Assembly: GCF_051903065.1 (NCBI RefSeq) | Contig: NZ_CP178438.1 | Direction: 5' to 3' (one strand) | DNA from: Escherichia coli | Lineage (GTDB): Bacteria; Pseudomonadota; Gammaproteobacteria; Enterobacterales; Enterobacteriaceae | DNA length: 64,000 bases | In this document: positions 12,622 through 22,329 of the stretch, in pieces | How positions within the stretch are numbered: position 1 is the stretch's first letter | How the letters are laid out: the number at the start of each line of letters is the position of its first letter | Translations under genes and position numbers: made by a program | The notes under the pieces: generated by a model | Told to the model about the DNA's origin: nothing | Seen by the model: the letters and a program-made list of their open reading frames with translations, nothing else | Database searches by the model: none

Positions 12622-13104
12622 ATGGAAGAACTTCACTTTGTTTACATCAATGCAAATGGTCGTATCGGTGTTCACTCAATACAGAGCATCAGTTATAGCG
12701 AAAATCATATACAGGGCATTTGTAAGAACACCGATCGAATAAAAACCTTCCGAAAAGACCGCATTCTTAAACAGTACGATTCACCAGAACAAGCCATTCA
12801 GGAATGCGCGTCATTCCTCCCCGAAAACTACTCACATCTCACTAAGCAGTCTGGTCCGAAAAAAAATACATTCGATGTGTGCTTCACCGGATTTAAGAAA
12901 GCAGATAAAGAAAGATTGGTTGATAAGGCGAATGAACAAGGATTAACGGTAAGAACCTCTGTAACCCAAAGCCTTCAGATGCTCTGTTGCGGTTACAATG
13001 CAGGCCCATCAAAAGTATCGGCAGCCAGGATGAAAGGCACAATCATCATAGATGAGCCTGGCTTTATACATTTTCTTGAAACGGGTGAGATCCCAGATGA
13101 ATAA
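12622..13104 (+). CDS. Prophage cargo protein with WYL-like N-terminal segment and BRCT-like C-terminal segment
   Basis: 160-aa ORF between ssrA and ogr; N-terminal ...KTFRKDRI resembles the WYL-domain signature; C-terminal VCFTGF...GTIIIDEPGFIHFL resembles BRCT; by-eye assignments only. Confidence 0.55.
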   Translation: MEELHFVYINANGRIGVHSIQSISYSENHIQGICKNTDRIKTFRKDRILKQYDSPEQAIQECASFLPENYSHLTKQSGPKKNTFDVCFTGFKKADKERLVDKANEQGLTVRTSVTQSLQMLCCGYNAGPSKVSAARMKGTIIIDEPGFIHFLETGEIPDE

Positions 13105-13130
13105 AAACCTGCCGTAGCAGGTTCTCTTTC

Positions 13131-13349
13131 TCAAAAATTCATATGCCCCTGACCACCTGGCAATGGATGTGGAGGGGCTGTAGCAATCAATGCAGGTGTC
13201 ACAATAAACCGGACCACTGTTTCATGGGTAACAAAAGTGCTCCCGCAGTTAATATTTTGGCACTGGCAGTAACGCTCTTTGGTGCTTTCTGTTACTTGAA
13301 AACTGCTCCTTGTGTGCGCCGCATGACCACACTTCGGACAATTCATCAT
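13131..13349 (-). CDS. ogr: Ogr/Delta-type zinc-finger late-gene activator
   Basis: CPKCGH...CQCQNINC four-Cys finger; start set at the internal Met of the listed 87-aa ORF; adjacent to gene D. Confidence 0.8.
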   Translation of the reverse strand: MMNCPKCGHAAHTRSSFQVTESTKERYCQCQNINCGSTFVTHETVVRFIVTPALIATAPPHPLPGGQGHMNF

Positions 13350-13417
13350 ATCCAGATCCCTACCTTTGCTATCAGAATCATTGTAATGATACACAAAATA
13401 TCAATATTGAGAACACT

Positions 13418-14518
13418 TTATTCCATTTCAAGATCATCAATCTTCACTTCGAGTTCAATACTGGTTGTAAAACCGTTATCCGGGCTGACGGTATGTGTCA
13501 GAGTCGTAATGGTCCATTCCGCATCATCTATCGGCTGTTTAAAGCCACTGACTTTCACTGGCATTTCCGTGTAGAGATCTGCCCGACCTTCCGCCAGTTG
13601 TAGCGAGAATGACGCAACGCCGCGTTGCAGGCGTTCCCACTGCATTTTCGCTGCCCGTTCAGCGTTGCTCCGGTTGGCATAAGTGCGATTAAGTACCAGC
13701 ACGTTTTCATCCGTACCCACCAGGTAATCGCCCTGCTTTGCTTCCGGCTCTTTCTTCTGCTTTGCGGTCCTGCGCTTACGCTTCACCGTGGTGCTTTCTT
13801 TCTTCGCGGGTTCGCGGGTATGCAACCAACTGGCAATTACGCCCGTATAGGCTCCGCGATCTGCCAGGGTAAAGCGGTGACTGTCGCCGTCCTTGCGTGT
13901 GATAGTGATCACCGGCAGAGGTTTACCGCTGGCGCTTTTGCCCTGTCCCTGCCGGATGAATAACAGATTGCCATTTTTCACCGACGCAATAGCACCGTAC
14001 TGGCGCGCCAGCCGCATCAGAAAACTGCCGTCACTCTCATTGGTCTGGTCTATATGTTCCACGGGCTTATCCGACAGGTCTTTACCCAGTGCCATCTTCA
14101 GCTTGTGCCGCGCGGCTATTTCCTTCACCACTTCCCCGACGGTGGTCTTGTGCCACGACTTTTCACGACGGGTATTCAGCGTTTCCCGAAAATCAGCACT
14201 TCGCGCCCGGATAGTCAGGCGGTCCGGTGCGCCAGTGTGTTCAATCTCGTCCACCGTGAATGCCCCTTTAGGGAAAAGCGGCTGCCCCTTCCAGCCCAGC
14301 GCCAGCGTAATGACCGCACCACGGCGCGGCAGCACGATTTTTCCGTCGGCGTCGTCCAGCTCCAGATCAAGCTGGTCCGCTTCAAAGCCCCGATTGTCCG
14401 TCAGAGTCAAACTCATCAGGCGGTTATCCAGCACAGTGGTGATATCCCTGCCCTCAATACTGATGCTGAATGCGGGAGTTTTGTTGCCTTTGTTAAGCAG
14501 TTCAGAGCTGAAATTCAC
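13418..14518 (-). CDS. Tail protein D (late control gene D family)
   Basis: 366-aa ORF at the P2 D position; overlaps the U stop. Confidence 0.85.
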   Translation of the reverse strand: MNFSSELLNKGNKTPAFSISIEGRDITTVLDNRLMSLTLTDNRGFEADQLDLELDDADGKIVLPRRGAVITLALGWKGQPLFPKGAFTVDEIEHTGAPDRLTIRARSADFRETLNTRREKSWHKTTVGEVVKEIAARHKLKMALGKDLSDKPVEHIDQTNESDGSFLMRLARQYGAIASVKNGNLLFIRQGQGKSASGKPLPVITITRKDGDSHRFTLADRGAYTGVIASWLHTREPAKKESTTVKRKRRTAKQKKEPEAKQGDYLVGTDENVLVLNRTYANRSNAERAAKMQWERLQRGVASFSLQLAEGRADLYTEMPVKVSGFKQPIDDAEWTITTLTHTVSPDNGFTTSIELEVKIDDLEME

Positions 14519-15000
14519 GACAGCAGCCCTCCCACCGTTTTACTGATATCACTTAAGGCAGATGTTGCCGTGTCCTGCAGATTATTCAGTTGCGTACTGA
14601 GATCACCGAACATATCGGACAGGGATTCATCCACCCGTTTGAGCGACAGGGTGAACTCAATCCGGCGCGGCATACCGTCGCGGAAAAACTCCGTTTTAGT
14701 CAGATTCAGTCCCTCAATCACATACATGCCGTAAATCGTGCCGCTGCCTTCAATCAGGGGCCATGCTTTTCCCTGTTCTGCCATCTGCTCCAGAGCCAGC
14801 AACGACAGCCTGCCGCCCGTTATCTCCGGCATAAGAACACCAGAAAGCGTCAGCATGTCGTTGTCCGGTCCCAGAAACTGCGTGGACGGACGACGGTTTA
14901 CCCGGCTGTTTGCCGCATGTCGCCAGCTGCGTTGATACTGCAGTTCCTGATACGGAACGGTGCGCAGCATAAACACGTACAATCCCAGCACCATCATCAT
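14515..15000 (-). CDS. Tail protein U
   Basis: 161-aa ORF between T and D. Confidence 0.8.
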   Translation of the reverse strand: MMMVLGLYVFMLRTVPYQELQYQRSWRHAANSRVNRRPSTQFLGPDNDMLTLSGVLMPEITGGRLSLLALEQMAEQGKAWPLIEGSGTIYGMYVIEGLNLTKTEFFRDGMPRRIEFTLSLKRVDESLSDMFGDLSTQLNNLQDTATSALSDISKTVGGLLS

Positions 15001-18000
15001 GCGTCGTATCCCCCCTGATCGCTGTAGTTACTCCTGGCTTTTGCCTTCAGCCTGCGTTCACGTTCATCAAGCTGGCGTGCCACCTCCCGCGCAATATCCT
15101 GCGCACTTTGTCCTGGCTGCGTCTGAATGATGATCTGCGTCGGTGCCTCAATCCGGTGAACGGGCGGCACAGTGGCTGCACGACTCACCATCGCTTCGCC
15201 GCCTTTCGCGGGAAGTGCCAAAGGATGCAACGGTGGAAGCTCTGCAGGCGCGGCAGCAACGCCCATCATTCCGGCAACAACGGCAGCCAGTGCAGCTGTA
15301 TTTCTCCGGCTGGTCACATTTGCCGGGCCGTTAACAATTTCCGGCCCGTTTTCACCGACGATGCCAAACTGCCCGCGCGGGATATAGCCGCCGCTGTCAT
15401 ACATCCCCGCAAAGCCATATCCCCATGACGGAAAACCACCCGGTGGCATCATCACTTTACCGTCTGCATTCACCGTCGCAGGTTGCTGACGCGTCACTCT
15501 TTCCGGCAGTTTCGCCTTTGCAGCCTCTTTACTGACAATGCCGAGTTTCTCCAGCAACCAGGAAACGCCGGATTTCAGGGAGTCCAGCGGATGCATGACC
15601 ATATTCAGCCCTTCCGCCAGTGCCTCCCCGAATCGTCGCCCCATTGCCGCTGCGCTCTGCAGTTCGGCAGAGGTCGACTTAACGGGCGTCAGCAGATCAG
15701 TAAACCAGCCCCACAACGCCTGCACTTTGTCGCCAATCCACTGAAACACAGGCTTAAGTGGTTCGAATGCTGCACTGATGGGACCTGCCGCCGCTTTGAA
15801 TCCTTCCACCACACCAGCGAGAAATGCGGTGATGGGTTGCCAGTATTTCCAGACAACCAGCGCCACGCCCGCCAGTGCAGTAACCACAAGACCTATCGGA
15901 CTGAGCAGAGCACCTAACAGACCAGATATGGCATACAGGGCAACGCGCAGCATCGCCAGCGGACCAGATGCAAGCACACGAAGCACCGCGCCTGCGGCAG
16001 CCAGTCCACCGCGCAGTACCGCCAGAGGATTCATAAACATCACAGCAACCGCACGTAAACCGGATAATCCAGACCGCAATAGTGCAACCGGCGCACCTGC
16101 TACAGTTTTCAGGACATTTCCCGTCAGTGATGCCGTACGGCGCAAAGACGACAACGGCGCAGTAAGTAAACCCGCTGCGTTACCCGATGAAGCAAGCCCG
16201 CGTCGCAGCACTGCCAGTGGTGCGCCTGCCAGCCAGGACAAAGCGTTGCTGGTTCGGGTTACTGCTGCCGTAACGGAAGGTAACGTTTTGATACCCAGCA
16301 CAGAGAGTCCCAGACGGATGACTGCCAGCGGCCCCAGCACTGCAGCCAGCGCCACCGCTAAGGTGCCGAGGCCCACGGTAACGGCAGCCACCACTGCGGC
16401 TACTTTCATCAGAGTGCCCGTCAGTTCCGGGTTAGCTTCCACCCAGCGACGCAACGCCCCCGTGACGCTTTTCACCGTGTACAGAATATCCATCAGCGGC
16501 TGGCGCAGCGTTTCGCCCAGGCTGCTGAAGGTGTTCTGTGCTCCGGTTTTGACCAGCAACCACTGAGCAGAAAGTGAGTCTTTGTTGATGTCGGATTCTT
16601 TCTGCATGGAGCCGAGCGCATCATTGCCCGCAGTCAGTTTTAGCTGGCGCTGTAGTTCCGGCAGGTTGTTTGCCAGTTTCGCCGCGTCATCGCCAAACTC
16701 TTTACCAAACAACATGGTCATGGCAGACAGACGCTTATCCTGCGGCAGTGCGTTCACCTTCTCCAGCACACGCTGGATAGTTCCCATCGCATCCTTCGTC
16801 ATCTGCTTTTCAATCACTTCAGGATTGAGTTTCAGCAGATTCATCCCTTCAAAGAAACTCTTGCTTTGCATGGTGGCAATGGACAATTCACGCACCATCG
16901 CGTTTGCTGCACTGGCTGCAACCTCCGGCGCAGCGCCCAGTGTCAGAAAGGTGGAACCCAGTGCCGCAGCTTTACGATAATCCAAACGGTCAGCCACACC
17001 ACCCAGGCGTTGCATGACATCAATAATGTCCGCCCCTTTCGACATGGCGTTATCATCCAGATAGTTCAGCGCATCACCGAGCTGTTCAATATTGCGGGTA
17101 GGGATTTTGTAGAGCTGGGCGATTTTCCCCAGACTTTCTGACAGTTCATCCGCTGGCAGCTCAAAGGCTGTTGCCGCCTTTGCTGCCGTACTGGCGAAGG
17201 CCAGCAGGTCACGTTTCTGGTCCTCCCAGCTGTCGTCAGGGTTTGCGACGTTCATGCGCGCCCCACCTTCAACCAGTGCAGCGAAATCCACCGCACCGTT
17301 TTCCATCGGCAACTGTTCGCTGGCAGCCTTGATGGCATCCTGCATTTCATAAAAACGTGCAGTGGGGTTGCCATTATCGTCACGCAGACCATTGACCTGC
17401 TTTGCCACACCTTTCATGGCATCTTCCATGCTGGTATAGATTTTTACTGCCGCCATCACTGGTGCGCCCATTGCCAGCCCTGCAGCCGTGGTGGTGGCTC
17501 CGGCACCTGCAATACGATCACGCACCTCCAGCGAACGGGCATAACTGGCACGCGCTGCATTCATCCTGCGCTGAGCTTCCCCCAGTCGCTTCAGCCGCGC
17601 CTCCTGTTTCGAAAGTTCCTGGTTATAACGTGATGTTTCACGGGCTAAACGGGCAGTTGCTCCCGCATCATCTTTCGCAGAAATTCCCGCCCGGTACAGT
17701 TCAGCACGCACAAGCGCCGTTTGCTTCTGCAAATATTTTTGTTGTTCTTCCAGGCGTTGGACTGCCAGCGTTTGCCGACCTAAAGCCACAAGATGCCTTT
17801 GTGATGGTTGCTCCATCGCCTCCAGCTCAGAGCTAAGCAAATTAGCCTTCTGTCTGGCATAGTTCAGCCTGTCGCCTAACTTCTTGTTATCAGCCTGCAG
17901 CTTGCGAAATTTTTCCAGGCTGTTACCCGCCTGATTGAGTTGCTTTAATGCGTCACGGGAGTTTCTGATTGCGCCAGCCAGCTCTTTCGAACTGGCCTGT

Positions 18001-18074
18001 GCAGCACGGAATGGGCGGGTGAGTTTGTCAACCGCATTAAGAATGACCTGCAGGCGCAGGTTGTTATCACTCAT
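14997..18074 (-). CDS. Tail tape-measure protein (gpT-like)
   Basis: 1025-aa Ala-rich protein with coiled-coil N-terminal part and hydrophobic central repeats. Confidence 0.9.
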   Translation of the reverse strand: MSDNNLRLQVILNAVDKLTRPFRAAQASSKELAGAIRNSRDALKQLNQAGNSLEKFRKLQADNKKLGDRLNYARQKANLLSSELEAMEQPSQRHLVALGRQTLAVQRLEEQQKYLQKQTALVRAELYRAGISAKDDAGATARLARETSRYNQELSKQEARLKRLGEAQRRMNAARASYARSLEVRDRIAGAGATTTAAGLAMGAPVMAAVKIYTSMEDAMKGVAKQVNGLRDDNGNPTARFYEMQDAIKAASEQLPMENGAVDFAALVEGGARMNVANPDDSWEDQKRDLLAFASTAAKAATAFELPADELSESLGKIAQLYKIPTRNIEQLGDALNYLDDNAMSKGADIIDVMQRLGGVADRLDYRKAAALGSTFLTLGAAPEVAASAANAMVRELSIATMQSKSFFEGMNLLKLNPEVIEKQMTKDAMGTIQRVLEKVNALPQDKRLSAMTMLFGKEFGDDAAKLANNLPELQRQLKLTAGNDALGSMQKESDINKDSLSAQWLLVKTGAQNTFSSLGETLRQPLMDILYTVKSVTGALRRWVEANPELTGTLMKVAAVVAAVTVGLGTLAVALAAVLGPLAVIRLGLSVLGIKTLPSVTAAVTRTSNALSWLAGAPLAVLRRGLASSGNAAGLLTAPLSSLRRTASLTGNVLKTVAGAPVALLRSGLSGLRAVAVMFMNPLAVLRGGLAAAGAVLRVLASGPLAMLRVALYAISGLLGALLSPIGLVVTALAGVALVVWKYWQPITAFLAGVVEGFKAAAGPISAAFEPLKPVFQWIGDKVQALWGWFTDLLTPVKSTSAELQSAAAMGRRFGEALAEGLNMVMHPLDSLKSGVSWLLEKLGIVSKEAAKAKLPERVTRQQPATVNADGKVMMPPGGFPSWGYGFAGMYDSGGYIPRGQFGIVGENGPEIVNGPANVTSRRNTAALAAVVAGMMGVAAAPAELPPLHPLALPAKGGEAMVSRAATVPPVHRIEAPTQIIIQTQPGQSAQDIAREVARQLDERERRLKAKARSNYSDQGGYDA

Positions 18075-18200
18075 CGTTGGCCCCGCATCTCTGAATCGCT
18101 TTATACCGCCATTCCAGCACTTCGGTCAGCGGCATAACGTCAGTAACGGATGGCGGCCAGTGAAAAATGGTGGCGATATCTGCCACCAGATCGTCAACCG

Positions 18201-18503
18201 TCAGGCTGTCGGTAAACCGGCAAGTACCGACTTCTTCAACAAAAAAGTGACAACCTCAACCGACATAGCGGTGAGATCTGCCGGGTCCATCTCTGCAATT
18301 TCCTGTGCAGTCAGTGCCGGGCTGGAGATGCGGGGGATCACGGTCATCATCGCGTTCACATCCATATCCATAATGGCCTGCAGGCGTGTACCGCGCAGTG
18401 CACCGGACTGCGGTTTACGCAGCACAATTTCGGTGATTTCCGTTTTACCGCGCTTGATAGGGGTATCCAGTTGAATAGTCTTTTCAGTCTGCTTATCGCT
18501 CAT
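18201..18503 (-). CDS. Tail assembly chaperone E (E+E' extension by -1 frameshift)
   Basis: 100-aa ORF ending ...TFLLKKSVLAGLPTA; T_TTT_TTG heptamer in frame near its 3' end. Confidence 0.8.
   Translation of the reverse strand: MSDKQTEKTIQLDTPIKRGKTEITEIVLRKPQSGALRGTRLQAIMDMDVNAMMTVIPRISSPALTAQEIAEMDPADLTAMSVEVVTFLLKKSVLAGLPTA
18240..18246 (-). other. Programmed -1 frameshift slippery site (TTTTTTG) for the E+E' product
   Basis: Minus-strand TTTTTTG falls in the X_XXY_YYZ frame of E (ACT TTT TTG); the downstream -1 frame stays open toward the T start. Confidence 0.7.
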
Positions 18504-18557
18504 TTTTCTGTCCTGTAAATTGGGTTCTGGCGCGGCATTCCGCGCCGTTCAGATACA

Positions 18558-19073
18558 TCAGAGGCCGAGTGCGTTGCGGTGCGCTTCCATCAGGTCCACA
18601 CCGTCCACAATTTCCACCATGTTGATAAGGTCCACTTCATAGAGCACCTCACCATTGATAGTCAGCTTCGCGTAGCTGTTGGTACTGGTCACTTTGGTGG
18701 TGTTGCTTTCGCCCGTCTTCCACTCGCCGGAATCCACTTCTTTGTGACGTCCACGCACCACAAGCTCCACGGCCTGCACTTCTCCGGTATCGTCACGCTG
18801 GATAGAGCCGGTGAAGCGCAACTGGATGCCATCCACCGTGGCTTTGCCCATCTGTTTAAACAGCAGCAGTTCAGTACCACCAATGGAAAATTCTGTGTCC
18901 AGCGCACTGTCATCAAGCCCCAGATCCACATCCACTGCACCCGGCATTCCGCCGCCGCGATACTTCTCATATTTGCGGGTGAATTTCGGCAGCGTCAGCG
19001 ACTCAACGATCCCCTGCCAGTTGTTCCCGTCATTAAACAGGTTCAGGTGTTTTAATTTGCGTGGTAAAGCCAT
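18558..19073 (-). CDS. Tail tube protein FII
   Basis: 171-aa ORF between FI and E. Confidence 0.88.
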   Translation of the reverse strand: MALPRKLKHLNLFNDGNNWQGIVESLTLPKFTRKYEKYRGGGMPGAVDVDLGLDDSALDTEFSIGGTELLLFKQMGKATVDGIQLRFTGSIQRDDTGEVQAVELVVRGRHKEVDSGEWKTGESNTTKVTSTNSYAKLTINGEVLYEVDLINMVEIVDGVDLMEAHRNALGL

Positions 19074-19082
19074 GTTGTCCCC

Positions 19083-20255
19083 TTACGCGCTGACCTGGCT
19101 GGAGAAATTCACCAGGTACTGATCGGTGATGCGCTGACGCAGCATCAGGTTTTCAAGTGGCGGCACTGGCGTGTAGTCGTAGTCGATGGTGAGTTTTCCG
19201 GCTTTCAGCGTGTCTTTGTCGTTCACCGACTCATCCAGCCAGCAATCACCACCAATGAGATAGCCCTGACTGACCAGGCTGCGCATTTTGGCGCGGATAC
19301 CCTCGATAATGTCGCGGGCCAGCGACGGATTCAGCGGTTTATCCACCGCCCACATGTGCGCTTCTGCCATCGTGTCCGTCAGCACCTGCGCCGTGCGGGT
19401 GTAGTTTTCGAAGGCAAAGAGCGGGTCATCACTCAGGCAGCGGGAACCCCAGAAGCGAAAACCGTCTTTGCGGATAAGGGTGGTGACGTCGTTCTGGTTC
19501 AGCAGTCCCGCATCGGTTGCCGGGTCCTGCAGATCCCAGAACACATCAGCAGAAATTCCGGTGACACCGTTAACGCCCACGTTGGACAGGCTTTTGTGCC
19601 ATCCGGTCTGCTCGTCAATTTTGGCGCGCAGACCAAGCGCACGGGCGGTGGCATAAGCCGTTGCTTCGGCATTCAGCACCGTGTCCCAGCCAGTAAAGTC
19701 GGGCCAGATCAGCATTCCTTCGCGCTGGCTGAAGTTTTCACGGTAAGTGATCGCCTCCTGTACCGTCTTGCAGCCATACGCTGACAGGTAGGCAAACCCA
19801 CGCAGGCTTTGCGCCACGCTCAGCAACTCAGTAGCAACGGCTTTGTTATCGTGACCTGGCACGCCGAGAATGCGCGGTTTAACGCCGAGCTGTGTCTGGG
19901 CAGATAACAGGGCTTTCATGCCTGTTTTTTTACCTTCAGCAGTCACTGCGCCGATGATATTGGTCGTGGTTTCTTCTTCCGTTTCACCCTGCGGCACACG
20001 CACAACAACGGTCACTGGTTTTGCCTGGTCAGCGATGGCATCCAGCGAACGGGCCAGCGTGCCGGACTCACCCGCTTTACCGCTGGCAGTCAGCACATCA
20101 GTGATCAGCACGGGTTTATTAAGAGGAAACATTTTTGCATCGGCATCATCGCCCGTGCAGACCATACCCACGATGGCGGTGCTCACCGTGGTAATGGATC
20201 GGGTGCCTTCGTTGACTTCAGCAACGCGCACCCCGTGGTGGTAATCCTGAGCCAT
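19083..20255 (-). CDS. Contractile tail sheath protein FI
   Basis: 390-aa ORF, size and position of P2 FI. Confidence 0.9.
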   Translation of the reverse strand: MAQDYHHGVRVAEVNEGTRSITTVSTAIVGMVCTGDDADAKMFPLNKPVLITDVLTASGKAGESGTLARSLDAIADQAKPVTVVVRVPQGETEEETTTNIIGAVTAEGKKTGMKALLSAQTQLGVKPRILGVPGHDNKAVATELLSVAQSLRGFAYLSAYGCKTVQEAITYRENFSQREGMLIWPDFTGWDTVLNAEATAYATARALGLRAKIDEQTGWHKSLSNVGVNGVTGISADVFWDLQDPATDAGLLNQNDVTTLIRKDGFRFWGSRCLSDDPLFAFENYTRTAQVLTDTMAEAHMWAVDKPLNPSLARDIIEGIRAKMRSLVSQGYLIGGDCWLDESVNDKDTLKAGKLTIDYDYTPVPPLENLMLRQRITDQYLVNFSSQVSA

Positions 20256-20397
20256 AGTGGCGAACCTCCTGATTGGATTAGGCTTCGCCCTATGTTGAAG
20301 TGATTGTGCCTGACAAACAGCTAAGCACAGTTGTGTCGTTATTCACACAAAATGACGGTATTTGTCCGCTTACAGGAAAAATCAAAATAATACTGAC

Positions 20398-20964
20398 TCA
20401 GGGCGATTCATTGCTCTCATTCGCCGGAAATTTTCTATAAATGGTAGAAACGCCCACATCAAAAATCAGTGCAATACGCTGTCTTGATTCTCCGGCCTCG
20501 AGTAAACGTCCAATCTGTGCCCACTGTTCGGTGGTCAACTTAGGACGGCGTCCACCTACTCTGCCTTTGGCACGAGCTGCAGCCAGCCCTGCTCTGGTAC
20601 GTTCAACTATCAGTTCACGTTCCATTTCAGCCAGAGCCCCCATGACGTGAAAAAAGAAACGGCCCATTGGGGTACTGGTATCAATACTGTCAGTCAGGCT
20701 TCGGAAATTCACACCACGCTGGCGCAACTCTTCTATCAGCGTAACAAGATGCCGCATACTGCGCCCCAGTCTATCCAGCTTCCAGACAACCAGCGTGTCT
20801 CCTGCCGATAGTGTCCTGAGCAGTTTTTTAAGCCCCGGTCTGTCGGACTTAGTGCCACTGATTTTATCCTCAAAAATCCGCTCACATCCCGCGCAGTTCA
20901 GTGCATTACGTTGCAAATCGGTGTTCTGGTCATTTGTTGACACGCGTACATAGCCAATAAGCAT
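20398..20964 (-). CDS. Serine DNA invertase (Hin/Gin/Cin/Pin family)
   Basis: Resolvase N-terminal catalytic motif (GYVRVSTNDQ) and C-terminal HTH; start placed at MLIGYVRVS; adjacent to the invertible tail-fibre segment. Confidence 0.9.
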   Translation of the reverse strand: MLIGYVRVSTNDQNTDLQRNALNCAGCERIFEDKISGTKSDRPGLKKLLRTLSAGDTLVVWKLDRLGRSMRHLVTLIEELRQRGVNFRSLTDSIDTSTPMGRFFFHVMGALAEMERELIVERTRAGLAAARAKGRVGGRRPKLTTEQWAQIGRLLEAGESRQRIALIFDVGVSTIYRKFPANESNESP

Positions 20965-20991
20965 GATCAATCCCCTGAATAAAAACCGGGG

Positions 20992-21468
20992 ATGATGCCA
21001 GTTAGCCATTATCTCTGCATTTTCTTAAACGTTGGTTTGGGAGAAGGTTCGGCATTACCCGTTGGTGTGCCTGTTCCGTGGCCTTCTGCAATACCGCCTA
21101 CTGGCTGGCTGAAATGTAACGGTGCGGCTTTTTCTGCCGTTGAATATCCTAAACTGGCGAGGGTTTACCCGACAAATAAATTACCTGATTTACGCGGTGA
21201 GTTTATTCGTGGCTGGGATGATGGGCGTGGAGTGGATAGTGGGCGCGCGTTATTATCAACTCAAACAGATGAATTTAAATCACATAGTCATTATTTCGAA
21301 AGAACATGGGCACAAACTGGATTTGATACAACAGGTGGATATTATCTTTTAGCCGCTGATGTTTCTGGCTCAGTAAATCAACAGAGATCCGATAGCACTA
21401 ACTCGGTGGGGGGGAGAGAATCTCGCCCTCGTAATATTGCATTTAACTATATTGTGAGAGCTGTGTAA
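20992..21468 (+). CDS. Alternative tail-fibre C-terminal variable segment (silent orientation)
   Basis: Open frame without its own start context; encodes ...LNVGLGEG... paralleling ...LAYLGLGEA... in H at the crossover site; followed by a tail-fibre assembly gene. Confidence 0.65.
   Translation: MMPVSHYLCIFLNVGLGEGSALPVGVPVPWPSAIPPTGWLKCNGAAFSAVEYPKLARVYPTNKLPDLRGEFIRGWDDGRGVDSGRALLSTQTDEFKSHSHYFERTWAQTGFDTTGGYYLLAADVSGSVNQQRSDSTNSVGGRESRPRNIAFNYIVRAV
21022..21045. repeat. Invertase crossover site (gix/cix-like), invertase-proximal
   Basis: TTCTTAAACGTTGGTTTGGGAGAA; its reverse complement matches 22555-22578 over about 17 nt. Confidence 0.7.
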
Positions 21469-22073
21469 TGGATAATGCTGTATTAAATAGCGAACATATT
21501 GCTACGAAGGCTGGAAATGTTACTGTTTATAACTTTGACGGTGAAACGCGAGAGTATATTTCCCCATCTATTGAATATATTGCCGTTGGTGTCGGTATTC
21601 CGGCATATTCATGTTTAGATGCTCCTGCCACACGTAAAGATGGTTATGCTATTTGCCGTTCTGCAGGCTTAAACTCATGGGAATATATACCAGACCATCG
21701 CAGTGAAATTGTCTATAGCACTGAAACAGGAGAATCAAAAGAAATCACAGCTCTGGGGGATTACCCTGAAAATACAACCATTATCGCCCCATTAACGCCA
21801 TACGATAAATGGGATGGTGAGAAATGGGTGACGGATACCGAGGCACAGCGTAGCGCCGCAGTAGACGCGGCAGAAGCACAGCGCCAGTCGCTGATTGATG
21901 CTGCTATGGCTTCCATTAGCCTGCTTCAACTGAAATTACAGGCCGGACGGAAGCTGACGCAAGCAGAAACAACCCGACTAAACGCCGTGCTGGATTACAT
22001 TGACGCGGTGATGGCAACGGATACCAGCAACGCGCCGGGGGTTATCTGGCCAGTTCCACCTGAGATGGTTTAA
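21468..22073 (+). CDS. Tail-fibre assembly chaperone for the alternative segment
   Basis: 201-aa ORF directly coupled to the alternative fibre segment inside the invertible region. Confidence 0.7.
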   Translation: MDNAVLNSEHIATKAGNVTVYNFDGETREYISPSIEYIAVGVGIPAYSCLDAPATRKDGYAICRSAGLNSWEYIPDHRSEIVYSTETGESKEITALGDYPENTTIIAPLTPYDKWDGEKWVTDTEAQRSAAVDAAEAQRQSLIDAAMASISLLQLKLQAGRKLTQAETTRLNAVLDYIDAVMATDTSNAPGVIWPVPPEMV

Positions 22074-22329
22074 TCTCAATCAGAATGGGTTCGCCCTTCT
22101 CGTTAACAGATATTTCCATTCCTTCAGGGATTTCAGATGCAGTAAAAAACCAGTTATCTTCTGGTAATTCAACAGCCCCGGTCACGTCATGAAGACCGGG
22201 GATTACTTCAGTCAAAGTAACAGGATTAAACAGGCGCACAATAAACTCTCCAAGAAAAAGCACTTGTTGATGGTCTTCCGTCGTACATCTGGCAGCGGAC
22301 ATAAAAACCGGTATTAGTGACCTGGTCAT
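22042..22329 (-). CDS. Possible short or degenerate tail-fibre assembly protein for the expressed orientation
   Basis: ORF downstream of H on the same strand, but overlapping the H 3' end in another frame; true start unclear. Confidence 0.3.
   Translation of the reverse strand: MTRSLIPVFMSAARCTTEDHQQVLFLGEFIVRLFNPVTLTEVIPGLHDVTGAVELPEDNWFFTASEIPEGMEISVNEKGEPILIEIKPSQVELAR

Noticed and set aside
12557-12742. 61-aa ORF immediately after ssrA
   Set aside because: Starts inside an inverted repeat in the att-proximal intergenic region and overlaps the start of the 160-aa cargo ORF in another frame; probably noncoding.
15108-17141. Several long plus-strand ORFs (up to 262 aa) inside the tape-measure gene region
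   Set aside because: They are antisense to a 1025-aa GC-rich, Ala-rich gene; their Ala/Arg/Pro-rich low-complexity translations are typical shadow ORFs.
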